From a virus, in IMG/VR virus record IMGVR_UViG_3300012984_000016, positions 1 to 64,000 of that record: a stretch of DNA of 64,000 bases. One strand, given 5' to 3'. Below the pieces are notes generated by a model that saw only the letters and a program-made list of their open reading frames with translations, searched no databases and had not been told where the DNA came from. Positions 28,291-37,121 of this stretch are shown one piece after another. The position numbers were made by a program, and so were the translations under genes. The stretch's first letter is position 1. Each line of letters begins with the position of its first letter.

Positions 28291-28582
28291 GACCGAACTG
28301 CCCGTCTCTGTAGTTGGTGCGTGGACCACGAGTGGACCAGCCACCCTTGGGGATCTTGACTCCAGCGCGCTCGCACTCGCCAGGTCCGGGTACGGTGCAG
28401 AACGCATCGTGGTGGTGGTGCCGCCAGGTCGGGCACTCTTCGGTGCCGGTGCCGTGGTGGCTTCCTGAGTGGCCCCACTGGTCGCGCCCTGCCTTGAGAG
28501 CAGCCTGACGGCACGCGCGGTACTCGTCGATCCTGCCAGCGTTGACAGCCTCGTCGAAGGTCAGCGACTCGATGGGAGTCAT
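28283..28582 (-). CDS. hypothetical His/Cys-rich protein
   Basis: ATGA coupling to the NADAR stop; CPTWRHHHHDAFC. Confidence 0.55.
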   Translation of the reverse strand: MTPIESLTFDEAVNAGRIDEYRACRQAALKAGRDQWGHSGSHHGTGTEECPTWRHHHHDAFCTVPGPGECERAGVKIPKGGWSTRGPRTNYRDGQFGRA

Positions 28583-29043
28583 CGCCACTCCAGGTCGGTG
28601 AGTTCTGCACGGCGGGCCATGAGCAAGGTGCCGAGCCAGTTCAGGCCCTCCCAGCGCATCTTGGTGTTGTTCCAGGTCATGCCCCAGAACTTGTCGCCCC
28701 AGGTGTTGCCTTCGATCAGCCCGTAGTCCAAGGTGTTCAGGACCAACTTGGTGCTGAGGTCGTGAGGCTTCTCCGACATGCCAGGGAACTTGTGGTCCAG
28801 CGCAGTGCGCATCACTTCGAGCCGGTAGTAGTTCCAGTCCCCGCGCATGGTGCACCGGGCCCCGAGACGCTTCGCTTCCTTGGGGGTAGCCGCCTTCCGA
28901 ATCTCCTTGGCCTGCTGCTTCTTCTTCGCCTTCATCGACTGGAAGTAGTGCTCGACCGTGGGGTAGTGCAGCCCGTCGATCTTCATCGGGCTCGGGTGGA
29001 AGTTGCTGAGGAAGGCGTACTCCCCGGTGAAGCGCGTGATCAT
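28579..29043 (-). CDS. NADAR (YbiA-like) family hydrolase
   Basis: FLSNFHPSP, YPTVEHYFQSMK, EAKRLG, KF, LIEGNTWGDKFWG, GLNWLGTLLM..R. Confidence 0.9.
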   Translation of the reverse strand: MITRFTGEYAFLSNFHPSPMKIDGLHYPTVEHYFQSMKAKKKQQAKEIRKAATPKEAKRLGARCTMRGDWNYYRLEVMRTALDHKFPGMSEKPHDLSTKLVLNTLDYGLIEGNTWGDKFWGMTWNNTKMRWEGLNWLGTLLMARRAELTDLEWR

Positions 29044-30329
29044 CCTTCGTCCTCCACGTACTCCTCGCGGACCTCCGTCAGGATGCCGGAGTTGACATCG
29101 AAGCGGACCTTGGTCTTGCCGAACTCGGGACCGCCACGGTTCTTGACCAGGGAGTAGTACATGAGTCCCTCGTCCTTCTTCCGGCCGATGGAGATGACCA
29201 CGTCGGAGTCCTGACCGATGGAGTCGCCGTACGCGATGTGCTCCAGCCGAGGGAGGAAGCCCGCGCCTGCCTTGATGGACTCGCGGTTGACCTGAGCGGA
29301 GCAGCCCGCGATGACGTTGTGTCGCTTGCCGATCGACGCGGTGGCCGACGAGAGTTTGCGGATGGACACGTGGTCCGACTCGTTGCGGCCCGCCTCCGGG
29401 GGCTTGACCAGCGTGAGGTAGTCCAGCCAGAACATGTCCGGCTTGTACACCTCGACCTCAGCCTCGACGCGCTCCATAGTGTAGGGGTCCGACAGGTGCT
29501 GGATGTCGGCGACCACCAGCGACCCGGGCAGCCGCTCCTCGCACGCCTGCAGGAACTTGCGCATGTTGCGGTCGGACACGCGCCCCTGGTTCAGGTCGTG
29601 GTTCTTGAGCACCTTGTCCAGCGACCCGCCGCCTCCGTACATCTTCTGTGAGAAGATCGTGTACATGCGCGTGGCGACTTCGAACAGCGACATCTCCAGC
29701 GGGTACAGGATCACGTTCTGACCCTGCAGGACTGCCGAGGCAACGAAGCACAGGTCCACCCAGGACTTGCCCATGCCCGAGCGCCCGATGATGGTGTACA
29801 TGCGCTGCTTCTGCAGTCCGCCGGTCACGGCGTCGAACCGGTCGAACCCGGTGGGGATGCCAGCGATCTGACCGTTGCGTCGCTTGGCTACCTCGCCGCG
29901 CATGGCCTTGCTGACCTCAGGCGCGAACAGGTTGACGAGGTGGCTCTGCTCCTTGGAGGAGAAGGCCAGCGCGTTCAACTTGGACTGCATGGTCTGGATC
30001 GCGTCGTCCACCGACTCGTAGGAGTCCGCCTCGTCCGCAGCCGCGTTCAGGCTCTCCATGAACAGGACGTACTTGCGACGCTGCCGAGCCTGTGACACCA
30101 GCAGGGGCAACTCGGACTTCTTGACCTTCGGCAACTCCAGGTCCGGGAACCGTGCCCGAAGGGTGTCCTCAGAAGGGATGGTGAAGTGTTCCTTGTTGGT
30201 CTTGACGATGTAGCGCCAGATGGTCTGGTTCTCGTCCAGGAAGTGATCCCGGTCGATGCCGAGGGACTGAAGGTCCCGCAGCCCGTCGTACTTGACCACG
30301 TACGAGAGAAGAGCGGTGTCGATCGACAC
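29040..30329 (-). CDS. dnaB: DnaB-like replicative helicase
   Basis: GIPTGF..FD..TGGLQ, GRSGMGKS, LEMS, LDYL, QVNR, DSIGQDSD, KNRGG. Confidence 0.92.
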   Translation of the reverse strand: MSIDTALLSYVVKYDGLRDLQSLGIDRDHFLDENQTIWRYIVKTNKEHFTIPSEDTLRARFPDLELPKVKKSELPLLVSQARQRRKYVLFMESLNAAADEADSYESVDDAIQTMQSKLNALAFSSKEQSHLVNLFAPEVSKAMRGEVAKRRNGQIAGIPTGFDRFDAVTGGLQKQRMYTIIGRSGMGKSWVDLCFVASAVLQGQNVILYPLEMSLFEVATRMYTIFSQKMYGGGGSLDKVLKNHDLNQGRVSDRNMRKFLQACEERLPGSLVVADIQHLSDPYTMERVEAEVEVYKPDMFWLDYLTLVKPPEAGRNESDHVSIRKLSSATASIGKRHNVIAGCSAQVNRESIKAGAGFLPRLEHIAYGDSIGQDSDVVISIGRKKDEGLMYYSLVKNRGGPEFGKTKVRFDVNSGILTEVREEYVEDEG

Positions 30330-30790
30330 GGGTGGAGCCTCCCTGGATGCGAGCGTGAATGCTCTATCCTACGTGGCCAAAGTGCGGAGGCCGGATCCGG
30401 GCATAGGACTGGCCGTAGAAAGGTGACACTTGGTTTGCCCAGGAATTCTCATTGGTGTTACACCGTATTTGAATTCCTCGGCAAACCGATAGGTCTGTGA
30501 CCCTGCGGCGAGTGCGCCGCCTCGCCCCCGAGGAGTCGAGGGGTATCGTACGCAATCACAATTTCTGCCATGGGTGACGCCCGAATCAGGGCATGCAGAA
30601 GCCCGGGTAGAGGCTCCTGCGAGGGGGCGATCTACCCGGGCTCCTGTGTACTGGACCGAGGCGACGGGGGAGGCACCCCGGCCCAGCGAAAGCATCATAC
30701 GCGATCCAGATGTTTGCACTCGGGAGAGTGGGGTAGAATGCTATCACGACTCTTCACCGGGATGCGGTGGACTCACAAACGGAGCGTGAC
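30330..30790. other. divergent intergenic region with several hairpins (candidate origin or structured RNA)
   Basis: inverted repeats at 30432-30487, 30505-30520, 30563-30600 and 30601-30641; no convincing ORF. Confidence 0.5.
30712..30739 (+). promoter_or_regulatory. putative early promoter
   Basis: GTTTGCA-N15-TAGAAT with GGGG before the -10 box. Confidence 0.6.
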
Positions 30791-31030
30791 ATGAAGTTCC
30801 TGATGATCGACGACCTGATGGTGGAAGGCGAGACCTACACCGATGTCGTCGCGGCGATGGCCCGCTCCAAGATGCGCCGCCCGCGCTCGCTGGAGCAGTA
30901 CCGCCAGTCGACCGCCGACCGGATCCTTGAGGTGTACCAACTCAAGATCGATCCGTCCACCGACGAGACCTTCGTGAAGTCGATGATCGTCGCTGGCCTC
31001 ATGCGCAAGACCCGCGCCAAGAGCCGATGA
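30791..31030 (+). CDS. hypothetical protein
   Basis: GGAG RBS, first gene of the + block. Confidence 0.65.
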   Translation: MKFLMIDDLMVEGETYTDVVAAMARSKMRRPRSLEQYRQSTADRILEVYQLKIDPSTDETFVKSMIVAGLMRKTRAKSR

Positions 31031-32859
31031 AACTCGGCATCGCCAAGGCGTCCGACGCCTACCCTCAGACGCACCTTGTGCTCGTGGTGCAGATGAAGGA
31101 GGCCTCGGGCGTCGGGTACACCATCCGTGAGATCCTGCCGAAGGGCATCGAGCCGATCCGGGGTCGCAACCGTACCACGGGCGACTGGATCTACCGCTTC
31201 GACATCTCCTATCTCGAGATGCTGATGCTGGCGTTCCCCACGGCTGACCTCAGCGAGGGCCTGCACAAGCGGCTCATCAAGTTGACGCAGCGTGAGATCG
31301 ACAACATGCCGGTGCCGAAGTTGAAGGTCCCCGGCCTGATCAAGGTGTGGCCCGCTGGCACTCCGCTGGCTGGCGAGCCGTTCAGGCTGTTCAACTTCCA
31401 GAAGGTCGCGATCGAGATGATCGTGCGCTACCTCAAGGGTGAGATCTCCTACAAGGACTTCGAGCCCTTCCTGGCCTTTCTGCAGAACGATGAGATGGGT
31501 CTTGGCAAGACGCTCATGGCGCTGTGCGCGCTCCGGCTCGCCGAGGCCTACCCGGCTCTGATCATCGCACCGAAGAACGGCCTCACGGTGTGGGAGCGCG
31601 AGGCGATGCAGAAGTTGGGCCTGTGCGTGACGGTGGTGTCCGCCGACCGCATGAACATGGCGCAGCGCCGCGCTGCCATCGACGCCCGCGACGACATGAC
31701 GGTGATCATCCCCGAGACCACCCGTGGTCGATTCAACTGGACCTACGAGGACAACGGCAAGCGGGCGGATCGCATCTGGGCTGGCAACATCCCCGAGTTG
31801 TACGACTACGAGTACGACACCCTGGTCGTGGACGAGTACCACCGCTACGGCAACCTCGACGCTCAGCAAACCCAGGGCTACCTGCAGATCCAGTCCAAGC
31901 GGCTGCTGCCGATGTCGGGCACCCCGTTCATGAACACGCCCCTTGAGTTGTTCCCCACGCTGCACAAGATGGCACCGGACCTGTACCCGGACTACGAGAC
32001 GTACCGCCTGTCCATCGGCATCTACGAGCAGGGCAAGCCGCGCCCCGTGGGCTACAAGCCCAAGCAGATGAAGAAGTTGAAGAAGTTCATCGACGCCAAC
32101 TCCATCCGTCGCCGCCGCGACCACGTCATCAAGGATCTGCCGAAGGAACACATCGTCACGGTCCCGATCCAACTGACGAAGGAACAGCGCAAGATCTACA
32201 ACGTCGTGCGTGACGAGTTCAAGTTGGTGCTGGAGTCCGGCGAGAAGGTCCCCATGACCTCCGTCCGCTCGCACATCATGCGACTCAAGCAGGCGTGCTT
32301 CTCCCCCGAACTGTTCGGCGGTTCGAAGCACTCCGCCAAGATCGACGAGTTGCAGGAGCGGTTGGACGAACTGGTCGCCTCCGGTGAGAAGGCCCTGCTG
32401 GGCTCCGAGTGGGCCAAGGCGGCTCGCATCATGGAGCGCGAGTTCGCACGGTTCAACCCCGCGTACGTGGACGGCACAATCGCCTCGGTGGACAAGCGCC
32501 AGGCTCAGGCCGACAAGTTCAACACGGACGAGGACTGCAAGTTGTTCATCGGCACCATCAAGGCCAACCGTGAGGCCATCTCACTTCCGGCTGCTTCGTA
32601 CGTCGGCTTCTCTGACGAGGAGTGGAGCCCGCAGGTCAACGCTCAGTTCATCGCCCGCTCGGCGGTCGGTGGACTGCGAGGCCTGGACGCCAAGGTGGAG
32701 CAGGTCATCATCCTCAAGTTCCGCGCCGAGGACACGGTGGAGGAGCGGCTCGAAGAGTACCTCCGCGAGAAGGCCAACCTGTTCTCCTCCGTGGTGGACA
32801 AGGACGGTGGCGGGTTCAAGAACCGGACCGAGGCCAAGTCGCTGCTCGACATCCTGTAG
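31027..32859 (+). CDS. SNF2-family helicase
   Basis: DEMGLGKT, VVDEYH, MSGTPFMN, IRRRR...DLP, EAISL, WSP, DTVEE. Confidence 0.9.
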   Translation: MKLGIAKASDAYPQTHLVLVVQMKEASGVGYTIREILPKGIEPIRGRNRTTGDWIYRFDISYLEMLMLAFPTADLSEGLHKRLIKLTQREIDNMPVPKLKVPGLIKVWPAGTPLAGEPFRLFNFQKVAIEMIVRYLKGEISYKDFEPFLAFLQNDEMGLGKTLMALCALRLAEAYPALIIAPKNGLTVWEREAMQKLGLCVTVVSADRMNMAQRRAAIDARDDMTVIIPETTRGRFNWTYEDNGKRADRIWAGNIPELYDYEYDTLVVDEYHRYGNLDAQQTQGYLQIQSKRLLPMSGTPFMNTPLELFPTLHKMAPDLYPDYETYRLSIGIYEQGKPRPVGYKPKQMKKLKKFIDANSIRRRRDHVIKDLPKEHIVTVPIQLTKEQRKIYNVVRDEFKLVLESGEKVPMTSVRSHIMRLKQACFSPELFGGSKHSAKIDELQERLDELVASGEKALLGSEWAKAARIMEREFARFNPAYVDGTIASVDKRQAQADKFNTDEDCKLFIGTIKANREAISLPAASYVGFSDEEWSPQVNAQFIARSAVGGLRGLDAKVEQVIILKFRAEDTVEERLEEYLREKANLFSSVVDKDGGGFKNRTEAKSLLDIL

Positions 32860-32895
32860 CAGCGCGTACAATACTTGCAACGAGAAGGAGTTGTC

Positions 32896-33267
32896 ATGAA
32901 GGACAAGAAACTGCGCGAACTGATCGACGAGCGCGAGGTCATGAAGAAGAACGAGGACGCGGTCATCGCGGCCCGCAAGGCTGTGGACGCGAAGATCATC
33001 AAGGAACTCGACGAGCGCAAGACCAAGTCCCTCACGATGGACGACGGTCTCAAGGTGACCCGCGCCACCCAGAAGCGCACCACGTACTCCTTCGAGAAGT
33101 TGGTCGGTCTCATCGGCGCGACCAAGGCGAAGAAGTACCAGGCCCAGGCTGTCGACAAGGAAGCCCTCGCGGCTGGCATCGGCGAGGGCAAGGTGGCCCC
33201 CGACGTGCTGTCCGGCATCGCTGAGGTCACCGAGTCGGCTCCGTGGATCCAGGTCAGCGGCACCTGA
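32896..33267 (+). CDS. hypothetical coiled-coil protein
   Basis: AAGGAG RBS; preceded by TACAAT. Confidence 0.7.
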   Translation: MKDKKLRELIDEREVMKKNEDAVIAARKAVDAKIIKELDERKTKSLTMDDGLKVTRATQKRTTYSFEKLVGLIGATKAKKYQAQAVDKEALAAGIGEGKVAPDVLSGIAEVTESAPWIQVSGT

Positions 33268-33860
33268 TGTACATCCGGAACCTCACCCGGATCACGAGCC
33301 GGTCGACGGTCAAGCCAGGTGTGACCATCGTCGCCCTGCCGAAGGGTACTGAGGACGGACTGGACCTCGACCTCGAGAAGTACCCGATGGGTGTCCTGGT
33401 GAACGTCGGCTTCTCGTCGTACACCATCCGTGCCGCTGACGGTCATCGCCGGTCGCTGCTGTGGGCCGAGCACGACATGTACCTCGTGCAGGTCACGGAG
33501 ACCACGCCCGACGTGGCTCCGGCGTTCCCGATGCCCGGGGAGGACGAGGCCTTCGATGCCACAGACATGGATCTGGGCGTCAAGGCGGGCCGAGCAGCCG
33601 TCATGGGCATGCCTGGCCACCCCGGCATGCGTTCGCCCGCTGAGATCGCCGACACAGCCGCCAAGGCCGCTGTGGTGATCGAGCGGAAGCGGCTTGCCGA
33701 GCGGCTCCGCGACCGAGCCCTGTGGGTGCAACCGAACGAAGAGAATCTGCCCGCCGAGTTGCAGCCCGCTGCTCAGCGTTGGATGTTCTCCATCGCCACC
33801 CAGATCGAGCAGGGACTGCCGGTCAAGACCCAACAGGAACTTGACCCTGACGATGCGTAG
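33267..33860 (+). CDS. hypothetical protein
   Basis: TGATG coupling. Confidence 0.6.
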   Translation: MYIRNLTRITSRSTVKPGVTIVALPKGTEDGLDLDLEKYPMGVLVNVGFSSYTIRAADGHRRSLLWAEHDMYLVQVTETTPDVAPAFPMPGEDEAFDATDMDLGVKAGRAAVMGMPGHPGMRSPAEIADTAAKAAVVIERKRLAERLRDRALWVQPNEENLPAELQPAAQRWMFSIATQIEQGLPVKTQQELDPDDA

Positions 33861-33872
33861 CGAGTGCGTAAC

Positions 33873-34109
33873 ATGACCACTGGAAGATCGTTGAAGCAGT
33901 GGATCGCCGAGGAGAAGGGTCCGTACCAGGACCACATGACCTCCGGGGAACTCTGCATCTACCTCAACATCAACCCGCGCACCCTGCGTGAGTGGAAGAA
34001 GAAGCCGTGGTTCCCACCACCCGAGGTCATCACAGCCAAGGGTTGGGGACTGTGGTCACCCGATCAACAAACGGCTCTGCTGCGCAGGCGGCTCGGAGAG
34101 GACAGGTAG
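33873..34109 (+). CDS. small HTH (MerR/Xis-like) DNA-binding protein
   Basis: MTSGELCIYLNINPRTLREWKK..FPPP...LWS. Confidence 0.7.
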   Translation: MTTGRSLKQWIAEEKGPYQDHMTSGELCIYLNINPRTLREWKKKPWFPPPEVITAKGWGLWSPDQQTALLRRRLGEDR

Positions 34110-34831
34110 TGGCGAAGAAGAAGTACGAAGCCAAGGACATCAGGAAGCCCCTGATCTTCAAGGTCCGCAAGGGCACCTCGGACGAGAAGTCCATCGCCGA
34201 GGTCGTGACCCGCAGGGGTTACGGTCGCTACAACTTCACGCCGCGCCCCGGTGAGCAGTGGATCGACCTCGGTGCGAACATCGGCGCGTTCGCAGTGTGG
34301 GCAGCCGCTCACGGTGCCAACGTCGCTGCGTACGAGCCCGAGCCCGGGTGCTACGAGCGCCTGGTGATCAACGCCGGTCTCAACGGCAAGACGATCCAGG
34401 ACCGCATCACTCCGATCCAGTCCGGCGTTGCTGCTGACGCTCGCAAGAAGAAGATGCACATGTCCGTGAACTCCGCTCGCGGCAACGTGTGGCGGTCGTC
34501 CATGTTCAAGGACTGGCAGGGCGGCGAGTCCATCGACGTTCCGGTCACCACCGTCGAGGGTCTCTGGACCCCTGACAACTGCATCAAGATGGACATCGAG
34601 GGCATGGAGATGCCGATCCTCGAACGGTTCGCTGACAAGCCCGTCAAGCGGCTGGTGTTCGAGTGGTCGTTCGACATCGACCCGTCGCTCGACCGCTTCC
34701 GCCAGGTCATCAAGACCCTGCAGGAGACCTACCCCAACGTCAAGGGCGGCAACGTCCCGGACGACGCGCCTGAGGACAAGTGGCAGCCCCAGTGGTTCCC
34801 GCCGTGCCGACTGGTGTACTGCTGGTCATGA
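34109..34831 (+). CDS. FkbM-family SAM-dependent methyltransferase
   Basis: IDLGANIGAF, AYEPEP, IKMDIEGME. Confidence 0.88.
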   Translation: MAKKKYEAKDIRKPLIFKVRKGTSDEKSIAEVVTRRGYGRYNFTPRPGEQWIDLGANIGAFAVWAAAHGANVAAYEPEPGCYERLVINAGLNGKTIQDRITPIQSGVAADARKKKMHMSVNSARGNVWRSSMFKDWQGGESIDVPVTTVEGLWTPDNCIKMDIEGMEMPILERFADKPVKRLVFEWSFDIDPSLDRFRQVIKTLQETYPNVKGGNVPDDAPEDKWQPQWFPPCRLVYCWS

Positions 34832-35118
34832 TGGTCATCGTGTTCGTCCTCATCGCCTGGATCATCGGCATGACAGCCATGGCTTGCCTGCTGTTCCTGT
34901 CGTACGCCCAGGACACGGGCGAGGACCCCGAGGTGGCGGTCATGGGTGCTGGCATGGTGCTGTTCTGGCCTGCTGTGCTCGCGGTGGCCGGGTACGTTGC
35001 CGCTCGCACACGCTGGATCCAGCACCGTCAGCAAACATCACCCAGGCCCCCGTGTGTAACGTGTGCACTGAACGGGGTAACATGTACTCAGGGAACGCAG
35101 CGCGACTGCGAGTCTTGA
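34828..35118 (+). CDS. 2-TM membrane protein
   Basis: two hydrophobic segments, ATGA coupling. Confidence 0.55.
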   Translation: MMVIVFVLIAWIIGMTAMACLLFLSYAQDTGEDPEVAVMGAGMVLFWPAVLAVAGYVAARTRWIQHRQQTSPRPPCVTCALNGVTCTQGTQRDCES

Positions 35119-35144
35119 GTTAAACTTCCACCCGAGAGGTTGCA

Positions 35145-35405
35145 GTGGCCACCAAAGCAAGCACATCAGGCGCGGAGCCCGGTCCCCCGGGACTCGCCCG
35201 TGCCTGGTCCCAGACCACCATCAAGATCGGTCTCGGCAACTTCTCGTCGATCGAGACCTCGTTCGGTGCTACTCGCGACTGCGAGGACGACCCGGACGCG
35301 ATCAAGAAGGCTCAGGACGACCTGCACAAGATGAACGAGAAGCAGATCGAACGGGCCATGAAGAAGTACAAGGCGCTGGAAGGCGAGGTGGGTTACGGTG
35401 GGTAA
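35145..35405 (+). CDS. hypothetical protein
   Basis: GAGGT RBS; TIKIGLGNFSSIE motif followed by a helix. Confidence 0.65.
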   Translation: MATKASTSGAEPGPPGLARAWSQTTIKIGLGNFSSIETSFGATRDCEDDPDAIKKAQDDLHKMNEKQIERAMKKYKALEGEVGYGG

Positions 35406-36219
35406 GAAGGACAAGAAGGACAAGAAGCCCGCTCCGCTCGAAGGCTCCAAGATCTACTTCAAGCCGAAGGACGGCACGAAGTCCCGACGCGGAGGCATCT
35501 TCCTCCGTGCCATCGACAAGAAGACCTACGAGGTTCAACTCGACGGTGACCCGTTCACCGTATCCGTCAAGGCGGAACAGGTCACCACTTCGAGTAAGAA
35601 CGAGACCCAGGAGGTCCCCGAGATGAGCACCACCACCGCTGACAAGAGCACCACGAAGACCCTCCGCAAGGAGGCCAAGGCGCTCAAGATCGAGGGCTGG
35701 GAGGAGATGTCGCTCGCCGACCTCACCGCCGCAGTCGAGACCGCCCGAGGCAGCAACGGCAAGGCTGACAAGCCCGCCAAGGCCACCAAGGGTGCGGCCA
35801 AGAAGACCACGGCCAAGAAGGCCGCTCCGGCTGCCAAGAAGGCCGCTGCTCCGGCTGCGAAGAAGGCCGCTGCCAAGAAGACCGCTCCGGCCAAGAAGGC
35901 GGCTCCGGCGAAGAAGGCGGCTGCGGCTCCGGTCGAGCCCGCCGCGAACGGCAACCCGTTCAAGCCGGGTACCAACTTCGCGTACATCGCGGACGAGGTC
36001 ATCGCGGGCGGCAAGCGCAGCAAGATGGTCAAGGCGCTCAAGAAGAAGATCGAACTGGCCCCGCGCACGCGAGCCGGTTCGGACTACGACGTGGACGCCG
36101 AACTCGACCGTCGCATCCTGATCGTCGGCCAGACCCTGAAGAACGAGCACAACTTCACGGTCGAGCGCGAGGGTCGCGGCGCGGACGCGACCATCGTCGC
36201 CACCCCTCCGGCTTCCTGA
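35398..36219 (+). CDS. histone H1-like DNA-binding protein with Rho_N/HeH-like motif
   Basis: LRKEAKALKIEGWEEMSLADLTAAV followed by repeated (P)AAKKAA units. Confidence 0.75.
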   Translation: MGKKDKKDKKPAPLEGSKIYFKPKDGTKSRRGGIFLRAIDKKTYEVQLDGDPFTVSVKAEQVTTSSKNETQEVPEMSTTTADKSTTKTLRKEAKALKIEGWEEMSLADLTAAVETARGSNGKADKPAKATKGAAKKTTAKKAAPAAKKAAAPAAKKAAAKKTAPAKKAAPAKKAAAAPVEPAANGNPFKPGTNFAYIADEVIAGGKRSKMVKALKKKIELAPRTRAGSDYDVDAELDRRILIVGQTLKNEHNFTVEREGRGADATIVATPPAS

Positions 36220-36234
36220 GCCGGTCGCGAACGT

Positions 36235-36378
36235 CCCTGCTCCACCCGTGAGGATCCCCCGGGATCTTCCCAGCAGCGGTGCCGATACAGCGCTGGTGTG
36301 TGGTGGAGCAGGGGCCCTGCAAGAGCCCCAGAGCAAGGCGGTCTAACGTTCCGTCCACAAACCGCTCTGGGGCTCTTG
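36235..36378 (+). ncRNA. candidate structured RNA or tRNA leader
   Basis: 12-bp stem 36235-36246/36302-36313 enclosing two hairpins; perfect 15-bp stem 36320-36334/36364-36378. Confidence 0.35.
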
Positions 36379-36382
36379 TTCG

Positions 36383-36453
36383 TCCGGGATCGTCTAATGG
36401 CAGGACACCGGGTTTTGGTCCCGGCTACGCGGGTTCGACCCCTGCTCCCGGAG
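36383..36453 (+). tRNA. tRNA-Gln (anticodon TTG)
   Basis: acceptor TCCGGGA/TCCCGGA, D-arm GTCTAATGGCAGGAC, anticodon arm CCGGG-TTTTGGT-CCCGG, T-arm GCGGG-TTCGACC-CCTGC; no encoded CCA. Confidence 0.92.
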
Positions 36454-36474
36454 CAAGTGCAGTCATCGGTGAGA

Positions 36475-36503
36475 GTTTGTTACTTGTGACGATCGGGTAT
36501 AAT
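36475..36503 (+). promoter_or_regulatory. putative early promoter
   Basis: GTTTGTT-N16-TATAAT with CGGG before the -10 box. Confidence 0.62.
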
Positions 36504-36533
36504 CACAAGTACAGACGACTGAGGGAGAAGGCC

Positions 36534-37121
36534 ATGAGCCTCGCGAAGATCTACACGGTGGCCAAGTGCCAGAAGGACCAGGGCGAGTGTGAGAAGTGCC
36601 ACACGCCGCTGCCGAAGGGTTCGGCCTACCGCTGGTTCAAGGTCGGGTTCCGGTCCCGCTACAAGCACAAGCGGTGCATGAAGACGGAGTGCAGCCCGCG
36701 CGAGTCCGAGCGCGAGTCGTCGCTGGTCGCTGGCATCTACGCCGCTCAGGAGGGCTTCAAGCCCGACGACGCCGGGTCCGTGGACGAACTCAAGGACATG
36801 CTCAACGACGTGGCCGAGCAGGTCCGTGAGGTCGCCTCGGCCTACTCCGAAGCCGCTGACGCCATGGGCGAGGCTGGCGAGGAGCAGCGCGAGCGCGCCG
36901 AGCACTACGAGTCGCAGGCTGACGACGTGGAGAACACCGACCTCTCGGCCTACGAGGACGACGAGTGCGAGACCTGCAACGCCACCGGCCTGGTGGACGG
37001 CAAGACGCCTGAGGAGCCCGCTCCCTGCCCCGAGTGCGACGGCACGGGGAAGAACCCCGACGCGCTGGACCTGGCCCGCCAGACCGCCCAGGAGGGCGTC
37101 GACGCGATCGAGATGCTGTGA
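36534..37121 (+). CDS. Zn-finger and acidic coiled-coil protein
   Basis: CEKC...C..C at the N-terminus; CETCNATG...CPECDGTG (DnaJ-like) at the C-terminus. Confidence 0.7.
   Translation: MSLAKIYTVAKCQKDQGECEKCHTPLPKGSAYRWFKVGFRSRYKHKRCMKTECSPRESERESSLVAGIYAAQEGFKPDDAGSVDELKDMLNDVAEQVREVASAYSEAADAMGEAGEEQRERAEHYESQADDVENTDLSAYEDDECETCNATGLVDGKTPEEPAPCPECDGTGKNPDALDLARQTAQEGVDAIEML

Noticed and set aside
20782-32859. Inteins or introns in DnaE, DnaB or SNF2
   Set aside because: Protein lengths are ordinary and I saw no intein splice-junction motifs or homing endonuclease inserts
35780-35935. Tandem DNA repeats GCCAAGAAGGCCGCT
   Set aside because: Explained by AKKAA protein repeats; not a CRISPR array or iteron set
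36383-36453. tRNA as a prophage attachment site
   Set aside because: Flanked by phage genes on both sides, no duplicated 3' end, and no integrase in the window
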